Source: Gekko japonicus
Lineage: Eukaryota
Direction of reading: 5' to 3'
Length of the DNA: 64,000 nucleotides
Assembly (NCBI RefSeq): GCF_001447785.1
Contig: NW_015164754.1
Location: 42,749-106,748, forward strand
Shown here: positions 1 to 12,086 of the stretch, piece after piece
Position numbering within the stretch: position 1 is the first letter of the stretch
How the letters are laid out: every line of letters starts with the position of its first letter
Translations under genes and position numbers: made by a program
Notes under the pieces: generated by a model
What the model saw: the letters and a program-made list of their open reading frames with translations, nothing else
What the model was told of the DNA's origin: nothing
The model's database searches: none

Positions 1-68
1 CTATAAAGGCAACTCACTTTCTCTACTAAAACATGGGCTTATGGTGGAGCATTTGCTTGGCACGTAAA

Positions 69-481
69 CAGGGCTGGCTCAAGGTGATTCTGCGCCCTAG
101 GCGAGGCTGCCTTGTGGTGAAGATGCCAACCTCCTGGTGGGGCCTGGAGACCTCTGGAGCCAGCCACCCTTTTGCTACCGCCGCCACTGCCTCCCCCCCC
201 CNNNNNNNNNNNNNNNNNNNNNNNNNNNNNNNNNNNNNNNNNNNNNNNNNNNNNNNNNNNNNNNNNNNNNNNNNNNNNNNNNNNNNNNNNNNNNNNNNNN
301 NNNNNNNNNNNNNNNNNNNNNNNNNNNNNNNNNNNNNNNNNNNNNNNNNNNNNNNNNGACACTTGGAGAGCTGCTTGCGGGCGTTTGGCGGCGGGGGGGG
401 GGGAGGCACAGCTCGGTGCCCCATCCAGGGCCCAGCACTCTAGGCGAATGTCTAGTTTACCTAGTGGGTGAGCTGGCCCTG
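69..481. mobile_element. hAT-like MITE inserted into a tRNA-derived SINE head
   Basis: Termini cagggctggctca and tgagctggccctg; degenerate 8-bp TSD cacgtaaa/catgtaca. The flanks rejoin as a tRNA-like sequence (ggtggagcatttgcttggca...ggttcgatccctg). Confidence 0.6.
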
Positions 482-1745
482 CATGTACAAGGTTGCAGGT
501 TCGATCCCTGCCAGCATCTGCCCTTAAAAGGCTCAAGTATGTAAAAGAGATAGGAACTCTCAGTCTGGGGCAAGTGATGCACTGTATTCTTGGTGCTTGG
601 GGGGGGGGCAACAGTAGGAGGGCTTCTAGAACCAGTTTGGTGTAGTGGTTAAGTGCATGGACTCTAATCTGGGAGAACCAGGTTTGATTCCCCACTTCTC
701 CACTGGCACCTGGCTGGATGACCTTGGGCCAGCCATGGTTCTGACAAGAGCTGTCTTTGAAAGGGCAGTTCTGGAAAGGGCTCTCTCAGCCCCATCTACC
801 TCACAGGGTGTCGGTTGTGGGGAGGGGAAGGGAAAGGAGTTTGGAAGCCGCTNNNNNNNNNNNNNNNNNNNNNNNNNNNNNNNNNNNNNNNNNNNNNNNN
901 NNNNNNNNNNNNNNNNNNNNNNNNNNNNNNNNNNNNNNNNNNNNNNNNNNNNNNNNNNNNNNNNNNNNNNNNNNNNNNNNNNNNNNNNNNNNNNNNNNNN
1001 NNNNNNNNNNNNNNNNNNNNNNNNNNNGACCTCCTGATGGCACCAGGTATATTTGGCCACTGTGTGACAGAGGGTTGGACCGGATGGGCCATTGGCCTGA
1101 TCCAACATTGGTTTCTCTTATGTTCTTATCTTCTCTGCCGGAGACCCCGAAAAGCCTCTGCCAGTCTAAGTAGGCAATACCTGGATGGAGTCAGTCAAAT
1201 GCAGCTTCGTGTGTGTCCAAGAGCAATGGTTTCCAAAGCTGACTGTGCATAAGCTATTTAGAAAATAAATACCTATAAGCTAGTGATTGCTAAAGACGTT
1301 TTCACACAGGCTAAATAGTACAGGTTCAATCCACTTCAGCGGCCATTTGAAAGTGAATCTTGCCATTTCACACAGAGTAAAATCCAGATGCAAAGTGGAT
1401 TGAAAGTGGATTGAAAGTGGGCGACTTAGTGTGTGCGAACACTTCTGTTCCAATGGCCGGCTTGCTTGGAAGCTCTAAGAGCAATCACTATTTCTCAGGT
1501 GCTGCGGAGTGTGCAACCGAGAGGCCATTATATGAACCTACCTTACGCTGAGCTAGACAACTGGTCTACTGAAGCCCGCATTGTTTCCTCAGACCTGGGG
1601 TCAGGAAGGAGGGATCACTGAGGGAATGTCAAACAAAACAAAACAAAAAAAGGCCTTCACCTGCTGGACGAAGATGGCGACAGATGCAGACAGGTGACTC
1701 TCCCTGGGGAGATCCTAGAGATTTTGTGCCATGTCCTCTCCCAGG

Positions 1746-1951
1746 CAATGCTCCCTCTAAGCTGTGGAGTCCTGTGAGCAAAAATTCTACTTTGTGAGCT
1801 ACCAGCATTAAAGTTGTGAGCAGGTGATTTGGCGGCTGCATAAATCAATTTGCTCTGGAGCCCCCCTTCCTGAGCTAAGGCAGAAATGTGTGAGCCGGAG
1901 GCTAAAAAACCGTGAGCGAGCTCACACGAACTCGGCTTAGAGGGAACACTG
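1746..1951. mobile_element. ~206-bp hAT-like MITE (representative of about 11 copies in the window)
   Basis: Termini caatgctccctctaagctg and cttagagggaacactg; perfect 8-bp TSD ctcccagg. Further full or partial copies near 6703, 6953, 16526, 22751, 25225, 25599, 42230, 52066, 52460 and 57553. Confidence 0.85.
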
Positions 1952-2034
1952 CTCCCAGGTTCCTAATTTTTTCCTCCTTCACTGGTGTTATTGCCTGGCT
2001 TTAGGTTGATCCCCGTTCTCCTCTCCCTTCACAG

Positions 2035-2329
2035 CTTCTCCGAGATGGGTCTTCGCCCAAGTTTTCCAGCCCGTGCAGCTGGTATTTGCGGAAGGCCAGA
2101 AGATCCACATCTCCTGCCACCAGAACGCCACGCCCCATAACACAATGTTTTGGTATCGACAACCACAGGAGAGTCGGCGGGCTTTAACCAGTCTAGGGAG
2201 TACGTACTCGGGCTCGATTTCTGCTGGAGAATTCCGCATGGACGTGAACACGGCATCGCGTTCTACCAACCTGACCAAAGAGAGAGCGGCAATGAGAGAC
2301 TCTGGCGTGTACTACTGCGCCGTGAGGGA
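2035..2329 (+). CDS. TRAV: T-cell receptor alpha variable gene segment, V exon (TRAV1/TRAV2-like); leader exon not found in window
   Basis: Pyrimidine tract plus cag acceptor at 2032-2034, then a phase-1 open frame: xSPRWVFAQVFQPVQLVFAEGQKIHISCHQNATPHNTMFWYRQ...AMRDSGVYYCAVR(D). First Cys, conserved Trp (WYRQ) and DxGxYYC motif are present, followed directly by an RSS. Confidence 0.93.
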
Positions 2330-2368
2330 CACAGTGAGAGGAAGACGGCAGCCAACAGTATGAAAACC
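2330..2368 (+). other. 23-bp-spacer recombination signal sequence (V-RSS)
   Basis: Heptamer CACAGTG at 2330-2336, 23-nt spacer, nonamer ATGAAAACC at 2360-2368 (7/9 match to ACAAAAACC). Confidence 0.92.
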
Positions 2369-3298
2369 ACCAACAGAGTTTCCTGCCGCCTTCATTCCTC
2401 TCCTCAGCCTGGTGGTTTCCTACTTTGCCCTTTCTCAACAACTATGTTTTGTAATTTCACATTTATTGGCTGGCCAAAGCATTCTGTGTAGCTATCCCTT
2501 TTCTTCTTGGACTATCAGACTCCAGTCCAGGGCTGGCTATCTGACACACAGATGGAGGACTTTTGTTCTGGGAGCTGTAGAGAGCAGCCACTTTTGAAAC
2601 TAGAACCTCACCTCAGTTCAGCTTCTTTTGTGGTCTGATTCACAGACACAAAAGCACACTCTGGGATACCTCACTGGTGAAGTACCCACGTTCTGCTCAA
2701 CATATGAAGCACTGGTCGTAAACCTCTAGGTGGGGCCTGGAGATCCCCTGGAATTACAAGTCATCTCCACACTACAGAGATCCACCCCCCTGGAGGATAT
2801 AGCAGCTTTGGAGGGCAGACTCTATGGTATACCATAGAGTCTGGGAGAAACAGCAGCCCTAGAGTGGCATTGCATCCCCAAACTCCCCTCTTGCCAGGCT
2901 CCACCCCAGCTCTCCAGGAATTTCCAAACCAACAGTTGGCAACCCCAAAACCACTAGTTGCAACCCTCCAGGTGGGGTCTAGAGTTCTTCTGGAACTGTC
3001 AATGATCTCCAAACTACAGGAACCTGTTCTCCCCGAGGAAATGGTAGCTTGGGGTGATGGTGGCAGACGCTATGGAAGCACATCCTTGTTGAGCTCTCCT
3101 GTCCCCAAACTCTGCCTTTCCCGCTCCCACCTTCAATCTCCAGGAATTTCCCAAGCAAGAGTTGGCATTCCTAACTGGACAGCATCGCATTTGAGCTGCA
3201 TGAGGGACCTAAGATGGCCCTCTCATATGTTCAACATTTGGTGTCGCAGTCCTGGCTGATGAACATGGCCTCTGGAATATCCTATCCTTTGTTTTTAA

Positions 3299-3594
3299 AG
3301 GTAAAGGTAAGGTTCCCTTGCTCGAAAGCCAGTCGAATCCGACTCTAGGGTTGCGGTGCTCATCTCCGTTTCAAAGCCAAAAAGCCAGCATTGTCTGAAG
3401 ACATTTCCGTGGTCTTGTGGCCGGCATGACTAAACACCAAGGCACACAGAATGCTGTTACCTTCCCACTGAAGAGGTACCCTATTTGTGGACGCCGACCC
3501 GCCATGCAGCACACTCGGGTCTTGAACTGCTGAACTACTGACCTTCCACAGCCTGCAGTTCAGCGTCTTAACCACTTGAGCCATTGCAGCGCCT
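3299..3594 (-). mobile_element. Sauria-type SINE
   Basis: (aaaggt)n tail at the left end. Body is shared with copies at ~24100-24360, ~40130-40305 and ~53365-53697. Confidence 0.7.
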
Positions 3595-5285
3595 GTGTTT
3601 TTAGCTATTTGCAAAATGCATAGCATAGAATTGGTCAGAAGGCCATGGTTATAATGGGAATAAGATGGTGATAAAATGGAAAGGTTCAGTAAAATGGGAT
3701 TGTTCAAGGGGGCTCTTTTTATAAAATAAATAAGACTGTAGGTTTAGGGATAAATCCTAAGCAAGTCTACTTGGATACAAGTTCCATTTTATTCAATGAG
3801 GAAATTAGGATTGCATTCTGAATGTCTGGGGAAAAAATTAGACCGATTCCCCCTTTGGATTGTTTATTGGATCAATTATACTGTTTTTATTTCATTGTTC
3901 TCTAATTTTGTAATTCAGTGTTTACTGCACTGTCTGTTGTATGTGTTATTTCTCTATTGCATCGTTTTCTGATTCTGTAATCTGCCTTGAGGCTCAGTGA
4001 AAAAGATGGACTGCAAATAAAGTGAGTAAATAAATATTTTAATATTGTGGGAGGCTGAACACACATGACTTCCCTGTTGGCGTGGGGAAGCGTCCAGTAA
4101 CGACAAGTACTAGGTTGCTGGTGCAGACTATCTATAGTGGATTTATTTACACAGAATATACACAGTTCATTTAGCACTCTCCAACTCCAATATCACCATA
4201 CAATCCGGCAGAGTGCTCCGCAGCAAGGCATCCATAGAGTGAACACCTCTACAAGTACTATACAGACATATATACAGTGTCAGCACCAATCAGTGACCAG
4301 TGCTGACTCATGGTTGCATCATGCTGGCTGATGCAAGAGACATGCAATCTCTACCTGGTGACAGGGTCATATGATACATTTAGCTGTCACCCAGATCAGC
4401 ATGATCTTTACCACCTTGTCTCATAGACTGTCATCTTGTCCCATACCTTACAGTATACTGACATTCCCTAGAGTCCGTTTCCTAAATCTCCTCCACCCCA
4501 AAGCTGGCCCAAACACTGGAAGTTGTAAAACTGTCCTTGACGTAGTAAAAACACACCCAATTCAGGAGCTCGGCTGAAATAAGTGTATTAAGGCACAACA
4601 CTCAATATACACCAACAATGATGTTATATTTAAGCATGTGTGTTCTATGGCTTGTTGCCGTAATAAATGACTGACTGACTGACTGACTGACACCAACAAT
4701 GAATAAGTATATTGATGAATAACAATAGATAACCCAAACAAATCAAAAGGGACATATAGAAACATGGTGCCAGAAGAGTGGAGAGAGGAACTTTTTAAGC
4801 ATCTTTCGAGAAAGTATTTGAAACAAACCTGATCATGCATGTTAACATATACCAGGTGTGCAAGGCCGTGGCTAGGGTTGGGAGATACCTGGAGACTTGG
4901 GGGGTGGGGCCTCAGGACGGTGGGGTTTGGAGAAGGGACTTCAGTGGGGTAGAATGCCATAGAGTCCACCTTCCAGAGATTCCATTTTCTCTAGGTGAAC
5001 TGATCTCTGTTGCCTGGAAATCAGTTGTAATCCCAAGAGATCTCCAGCCGCCACCTGGGACTTCATAACCTTAGCTGTTGCTCTTATTACAACATCAGTC
5101 TTGAATCCTGACCTCGGCAAATGCTCCTTCCTCCACTTCTTATGGACTGCCAGTTGCACAGCAAAGATGTGATACCACCTTCATTTCTTCCTTAGCTGAG
5201 TTCCCCAATGCCTGGTTCACAGCGGACTTCCCAGCATCTATTGAGCCCCACGGTTCCACAGAATTAGGGAACACTCACTGAACAA

Positions 5286-5680
5286 CAGGGCTCTTTTTGT
5301 AGAAAAAGCCCAGCAGGAACTCATTAGCATAATAGGCCACACCCAACAGCAGGAACTCATTAGCATATTGGGCCACACCCCTGACAGCACAGCTCATTAG
5401 CACATTAGGCCGCATCCCCATGTTACCAGAAGTGTGGTCATCCAGCCACACCCACCTTTTGCTTCTCATTCTGTTGACCTTGTTTGTGGTCAAAACCCAG
5501 GGCTTTTTTGTAGCAGGAACTCCTCTGCATGTTAGGCCACACACCCCTAATGTAGCCAATCCTAATGAGTTTCTGCAGTTGGGTGTGGCCTATTATGCTA
5601 ATGAGTTCCTGCTGGGCGTGGTCAACTTGGGAGCCAGCCGGAACTCCGTTCCTGTGCGTTCCTGCCCAAAAATAGCCCTG
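5286..5680. mobile_element. hAT-like MITE (CAGGGCT-terminal family) carrying repeated CTCATTAG
   Basis: Termini cagggct and agccctg; perfect TSD ctgaacaa. Relatives at 45602-45956, ~51050-51501 and 56276-56483. Confidence 0.75.
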
Positions 5681-6099
5681 CTGAACAAGATCCATTTCAT
5701 TCATCGTCTTCGGGGTAAGATGACAGGATCCTCCGTGGTGTATCAGGACCAACTTAACTGGGCTGTGAGAAAATGCCTGGACTATGAACTATAAAGAGTT
5801 AAGGATGGAAACTGGTCATGGTTCAGCTCCCCTTACCTGTAAGGGAAGAGGATAAATGGGTCTCCGGGGTGGAGGGCATTCCAAAACTAAAGGGGCTACC
5901 ACAGAAAAAGCCCTGATTCTCCCAGATGTCAATTTTTCACCCAGTGGTGATGATGTATACCTGATTTGGTGTTAATTTCCATTTTAGAAAGGAACCATCG
6001 GAAATCTCCAAGCGTTCACAGACAGAAGGCATTTTATTCACTGTTTGCTGATGCAATCTGTCCAAAACTTTTACATGCAAAGAAAACTTTTTAAAAAGC

Positions 6100-6380
6100 A
6101 CACCACTCAAACATCCCCAACCCCCCTGGAGACTTAATTACCATGAGGTGCTTAGATCTTCAAAGAGCTTCCTTCTTTCAGTGTCTTACAAGACGTCACG
6201 CCAAGCAACTGCATCAAAAGTACCTAAGGCTATTTAAGAGAGGGAAGAATATCATCAAGTGATGACCCAGAATGATATTTACTGAGTGAACACCTCAAGA
6301 AGAATGTGTCAAGAAGAGCTATGAAGATGTCCTGAAAGTATTGTCATCATCTGCTGCTTCCTTGACCATGCCAGGTAATT
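6100..6380 (+). promoter_or_regulatory. Candidate promoter and non-coding first exon of the OR4E2-like gene
   Basis: O/E-like CCCCTGGAGA next to homeodomain TTAATTA (6123-6140), TATTTAA at 6231, donor cag|gtaatt at ~6374, and a matching acceptor tttag| ending at 11115 upstream of the ATG. Confidence 0.55.
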
Positions 6381-6586
6381 GAACTACCTTTCTAAGGGAA
6401 AAATGAGATATGTTTGAGATTTTCCAAACTTTCAATTTAGTCTGCTCATTGCTCTCCACTTCCCATTCTTGCGAACCCAAGTTCAAAGCATGGTGCCCTT
6501 GGTGGTTCCCTACAACACCCTGCTCATAATGAATGAGTCATTTGCAGAGACTGCAAAATGTTGCATGCATGATGGTGTGTTAGATG

Positions 6587-7332
6587 AAGAAGAAGAAGAA
6601 GAGGAGATTGGATTTATACCCCACCCTTCACTACCCAAAGGTGTCTCAGAGCGTCTTACAAACTCCTTTCCCTTCCCCTCCCCACAACAGACACCCTATG
6701 AGCAATGTTCCCTCTAAGCTGTGGGGTCTTGTGAGCAAAAATTCTACTTTGTGAGCTACTGGCATTAAAGTTGTGAGCAAGAGATTTGGCTGCTGGATAA
6801 ACTAGTTTGCTCTGGAGCCATCCTTCCTGAGCCAAGACAAAAAAGAAGACGAAGAGATTGGATTTATACCCCGCCCTTCACTACCCAAAGGTGTCTCAGA
6901 GCGTCTTACAAACTCCTTTCCCTTCCCCTCCCCACAACTGACACCCTGTGAGCAATGTTCCCTCTAAGCTGTGGGGTCTTGTGAGCAAAAATTCTACTTT
7001 GTGAGCTACTGGCATTAAAGTTGTGAGCAAGAGACTTGGCTGCTGGATAAACTAGTTTGCTCTGGAGCCCCATCCTTCCTGAGCCAAGACAAAAATGTGT
7101 GAGCCAGAGGCTAAAAAACTGTGAGTTAGCTCACACTAACTCAGCTTAGAGGGAACACTGTGAGGTAGGTGGGGCTGAGAGTGCTCTGACAGAAACTGCC
7201 CTTTTTCAAGGACAGATCTTATCAGAACTACGGCTTGCCCAAGGCCATCCAGCCAGGTACAAGTGGAGGAGTGGGGAATCAAACTCGGTTCTCCCAGATT
7301 AGAGTCCAAGCCCTTAACCACTACACCAAACT
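6587..7332 (-). mobile_element. tRNA/CORE-type SINE with (GAA)n tail, interrupted by a MITE and with a local ~255-bp tandem duplication
   Basis: 6587-6845 is repeated at 6845-7100. Other SINE copies at ~630, 18723, 24816, 32822, 48422, 49972, 55834 and 60825. Confidence 0.75.
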
Positions 7333-10300
7333 CTCCCCAACAGATTTATGTCCGAGAACAGTAGGGAAGAAGACTTGAGGAACATCTTCTTGAATGAGTG
7401 ACTTGGGGCCAGATGGTTGGTCTGTCTAACCCAGTGCTACTTTACTTGTCTGGCAGGTGTTCTTCATGGACTTCAGGAGCGGACTTTTCCAGTCAGGGAA
7501 TGTGGGGACTGAGAACTTAGCTGATGATGCCATGGCTGGTCCTGGGATTTCCTTGATGGAAAGTCCATGCTCTGCCACTGATGGTTGATGGATGGTTAGC
7601 AATGACTAGGGAAGGACGGAGGACATGAGATTGTTCAGCTAAGACCTAGGAAACCTGGGTTTAGCTCTCCTCTTGCCACGGAGTCTTGCCATAGTTGTCC
7701 TTGGGCCACGAGCACAGACTTAACCTGACAAACCTCCCTGAGGTGTTGCAGAGTCTCAGTGGGGAGCGGAGAATTGTGTACACTGCTCTGAGCTCCTTGA
7801 GGAAGGTAGGATAGATAGATAGGGAGGATAGATGGATAGATATCCTTGTGACGCACAGTTAATATTGATTACAGACTGATAGGTAGACAAAGAAAACCTG
7901 GAAGACTGTAGAGCTAGATCTGAGTTCAGTAGCACCTTAAAAGCCATCAATTTTTTAGGGTATAGGCTTTTAGGGTATGACCTAGACAATAAAGCTAGGA
8001 AAAGCTGAAGGCAGCTGGAAAAGAGGAAGACCCAACACGAGATGGATTGACTCAATCAAGGAAGCCATGAACCTCCGTCTGCAAGACCTGAAGAGCAAGG
8101 CTGCTAAAAATAGGACCTTTTGGAGAACATTAATTCATAGGACCGCCATAGGTCATGACTTAACCACACTGAACATATAAATGCTTTTGAGAGTTAAAGC
8201 CCCCTTTGTCATATCTGACAAAGGGATCTCAGTTGGGCTCCCTGCTTTAGTTCCCAATCTGCTGAAAGGGGCTATCTGATTCCACCTTGTGGCCCTAACA
8301 GATTTATATTGCACAACGTAGAGCGTTCACCCTGGCCAGATGTAATGCTATGCCGTCTGCCATTTTATTTGGCAGATTTAACAAGGTTTCTCATCTGGCC
8401 AGATACTGCCCTTGTAGAGCAAAATGTGTGGAATCTGTCACTCATGTTCTCCTGCACTGCAATTTGTATATGGACCTAAGGATCACATACTTACACTCTC
8501 TTTTAACCAGCATGGGTGCTTGCTCTGATGCACTTAAGGTGAATAGACTTTTAAGAGATCTGAGTCCGGACATCACAGAGAAAGTGGCTAAGTTTTCTCT
8601 GCTTGGCTTTAAAGCTGCGCCAAAGGTTCTTCTAGAATTGTATATATGAGTTTTAACTGGTTTTAAAATGTATAAATGGTCCTGATAATTTATGCCAATA
8701 AAGGCTGACTTGACTTGACTTGATTTATATTGCTGCTACTAATTTTATTGTTTATTGTTTTTTTATGATTTTAATGTGATTTTATTGTAACGGGTCTTTT
8801 CTCACTGGGGCTCAAGAGAAAGAGTCAATAGAATCAATGGGATGGGACATTCAGTAAAGGATGCAATAGGACTGGGATGGTAGAAATCTGGAATGGACCA
8901 GAAATCATAAAGAACAGAACTTAAACAAAGCAGAAGTATCAATGTGACACATTAAACGGTGCCAAATTTACATAGTGGGGTCCCGCTTACAGCAAGCTAT
9001 GCACAGTAGCATAGACCACACTCCCTATTCATCTGTTCAAGTAACTTTGTGAACCATTTTGCACAGTGCAACCCTGTTGTGCAAAGTGCCATCAAGTTCT
9101 AGCTGACTTATGGCAGCCCTGTACAGTTTTCAAGGCAAAATGTGTTCAGAGATGGTTTGTCATTGCCTGCCTTGGCATAGTAACCCTGGTGTTACTCCCC
9201 CCCCCATTTTCTATTTCTTTTTATTGTCTTGTTTATCGCCTTTTTCTTTTTTTGCTTTTAAAATATTTTATTGACATATTAATGTTTTACAATGGTATAC
9301 GAGTTTTGCAGTAGCTATACATCAGTGCTGAATATATATGTATATATATGTATATTAATCATTTGCTATATAAAAAGCAACACAATACATATATAGTTGT
9401 TATAGCAACATCTTTTATGAGCGAGTTGAGGGTTGTCTTTCACTCTGTAGTACTATTTATTAAAGTAAATAGATGCTAAGTATAAAGTCTTATTGAAAAG
9501 GAAAGAAGAGGGAAAGAATAGTTGGCATTTTAAGAAGAAAGCAATTGCTGATAGACAGAAGTCGGAGGTGAGAGGTCTTGCGAAAGTATGTGTTCAAGAA
9601 AGGGGGACCATTTTTCTGCAAAAGACGTTTTGGGGAAGATGTCTGTTTAGTGAATGTGATCTGCTATTTTCTCCATTATTAAATAGTCCCATATTTTTGT
9701 GTACCAGTTGGATATCGTAGGGCTTGATGGATATTTCCAGTGTGCCGCTATGGTTGTTTGCGCAGCTGCTAGCAAGCTGTGGATGAGGTCCCATCTGATT
9801 CTCGGGATTGAAGGATCGCACCCATGGCATAAGAAAATCAGCTCTGGTGACAGCGGTATTGTGCATCCTGTTATATAGTTGATTTGTATAAGAACATTGT
9901 TCCAGAATTCCTGTATTCAGGGGCATCGCTACCAACAATGTGCATATGAACCATAATTATCGCATTTCTTCCAACAAAGCCTGGAGTTTGTGAGAGATAT
10001 CACAGCCAACTTTTTTGTTGTGAGAAACCATCTTGATAAAATTTTGTAGGTTTGTAACTTTGGTGAGGGTGAAGGAACAAATAGGTTGTGCCAAATAGAG
10101 GATCATTGTTCAGCAGTGAATTCAATGCCGCAGTCTTGTGGCCACGCCGTTTGATATGGTAGGAGGTTTGAGTTAGATTGTCGCTGTGATAAGTTGTACA
10201 TTTTTTTGATAAGACCACCAGTATTTGTGGTGTCACATTTCAGCATTGCTTCAAAGTCTGTTAGAGGAGAGTTCATTGATTCAGATAGATGTATTTGGGT

Positions 10301-11150
10301 GGTCATATGGTGTAGTTGAGGATAGTAGAACCACGGAATTTTATAATGTAATCATCATTCTAAGGGGATTTTTGGTGCAAGATCGGTGCCCACCGTTAGG
10401 TCTATCAGACGGATGACATTAGCCTGTCTCCAGGTTGGGGTTATCAACAGATCTGCTCCAGGGGGGAACCAGGGTTGGTGGAAGAAGGTCGAGAAGCGTG
10501 AGATCTTTGGTACCAGTTTGTGCTTCAGAGAGTCCCACACCTTGTTCCTCGATGGTCTCCCATCTGAATACTAATCATGGCCAATCTTGCTTCGCTTCCA
10601 AGATCCAATGAAATCAGGCTAGCCTGGGCTATCCAGGTGAGGGAACAACCTTAATACCTGTGTAGAAAAGCCCTCTTGAATAATTCAGTTTTGAAATGAG
10701 CTTGGCCTAGAACTTTGGCCAACCTCCGTAGAATATGAAGAATGTGGGATATAAAGGAAATGTAGAATATATATGTGGGCGTATCTCATTGTTCTTGCTA
10801 TTGTTGTTGTTATATATTTATTTATCACTGATTTATTGATACAGCTTATTAATGTTCATGGTGCTTTACAGTATATGAGGTCCCTGCCCTGAGGTTATCA
10901 TCTAAAATTTGACACAAGCAGGAGAAAAACAGGACAGAAGGGAGATGGAGGTGGGGATAACTGGAGGAAGATAGAGGGAGCTGGGATGATGGGAGACGGA
11001 AGTGGGGATAACTAGATAACTGCATTCATTTCTTTGCTGGGAATATATTCTATGGACTATATATGAACACCTGGATCTAGTAAGCAGAACCTGTTCTTTT
11101 TTTGTCACTGTTTAGGTCTACCGCATGGACTTTAGCCTGACCTCGTTTTA

Positions 11151-12086
11151 ATGGAAGGCTTGAATCACACCCGGGTGACCCATTTTGTGTTCTTGGGTCT
11201 GACGAGTAACCACAGGCTCGAGCTGGCCTTATTTGCCGTCTTCTGTGTCATGTACCTGCTCATCTTAGCGGGCAACCTCCTCATCATGGTGACGGTGGCT
11301 TCCGACCGCTGCCTCCACACCCCCATGTACTTCTTCCTGGGCAACCTCTCTTTCATCGACATCTGCCACTCCTCGGTCACTGCCCCCAAGATGCTCCTGG
11401 ACTTCCTGTCGTTCCAGAAGACCATCTCCTTCAACGGATGCATGGCACAGCTTTTCTTCCTCCACCTCTGCGCCTGCGCGGAGATCTTTCTCCTCACGAT
11501 CATGGCCTATGACCGCTACATCGCCATCTGCCACCCGCTACAATACATGTCCCTCATGAGCCTGAAGGTGTGTACCTGGCTGGTGGGCGCCCTTTGGGTG
11601 GGAGCGATGGTCCACTCTCTGGTGCAGACGGTCCTCACCATCCAACTCCCTTACTGTGGACCCAATGTATTAGACAGCTTTTTCTGTGATGTACTCCCAG
11701 TCATCAAGTTGGCCTGCACAGACACGTACTTGACAAGGGTTCTTATTGTGTCCAACAGTGGCATGATATCCCTGGTCTGTTTCTTGGCCTTACTGGTTTC
11801 CTATATAGTCATCCTGGTGTCACTAAGAGGGCAGACAGCTGAGGGGCGACGCAAGGCCCTCTCCACCTGTGCGGCCCACCTGCTTGTCGTGGCCTTGTTC
11901 CTGGGGCCTTGTATCTTTATCTACACCCGCCCTGCTGGCAGCTTCTCGGCGGATAAAGTGGTTGCCGTTTTCTACACGGTGGTGACTCCCGTGCTCAACC
12001 CGGTGATTTACACCCTGAGGAATGCCCAAATGAAGAACTCCATGAAGAAGCTGAGAGACCAGAAGATCTTTTTCATTGGGACATGA
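11151..12086 (+). CDS. OR4E2: Class II olfactory receptor, OR4E2-like (mouse MOR83/MOR244-3 type)
   Basis: Intact single-exon 311 aa with LHTPMYFFL, MAYDRYIAIC, KALSTC and PVLNPVIY. N-terminus LNHTRVT.FVFLGLT, GPCIFIYTRP and C-terminal ..FF match recalled OR4E2. Confidence 0.9.
   Translation: MEGLNHTRVTHFVFLGLTSNHRLELALFAVFCVMYLLILAGNLLIMVTVASDRCLHTPMYFFLGNLSFIDICHSSVTAPKMLLDFLSFQKTISFNGCMAQLFFLHLCACAEIFLLTIMAYDRYIAICHPLQYMSLMSLKVCTWLVGALWVGAMVHSLVQTVLTIQLPYCGPNVLDSFFCDVLPVIKLACTDTYLTRVLIVSNSGMISLVCFLALLVSYIVILVSLRGQTAEGRRKALSTCAAHLLVVALFLGPCIFIYTRPAGSFSADKVVAVFYTVVTPVLNPVIYTLRNAQMKNSMKKLRDQKIFFIGT

Noticed and set aside
33-68. ATG GGC TTA TGG TGG AGC ATT TGC TTG GCA C|gtaaac as leader exon (MGLWWSICLA) of the first V
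   Set aside because: The phase fits, but the sequence is the head of a tRNA-derived SINE split by a MITE, and the donor is weak. The real leader is probably upstream of the window or in a gap.
630-705. tRNA-like sequences (tggtgtagtggttaag...ggtttgattccc)
   Set aside because: SINE heads followed by SINE bodies, not tRNA genes.
1454-1710. Other leader candidates for the first V (MAGLLGSSKSNHYFS|gtgctg; MATDAD|gtgact)
   Set aside because: Neither is hydrophobic; one has a poor donor and the other the wrong phase.
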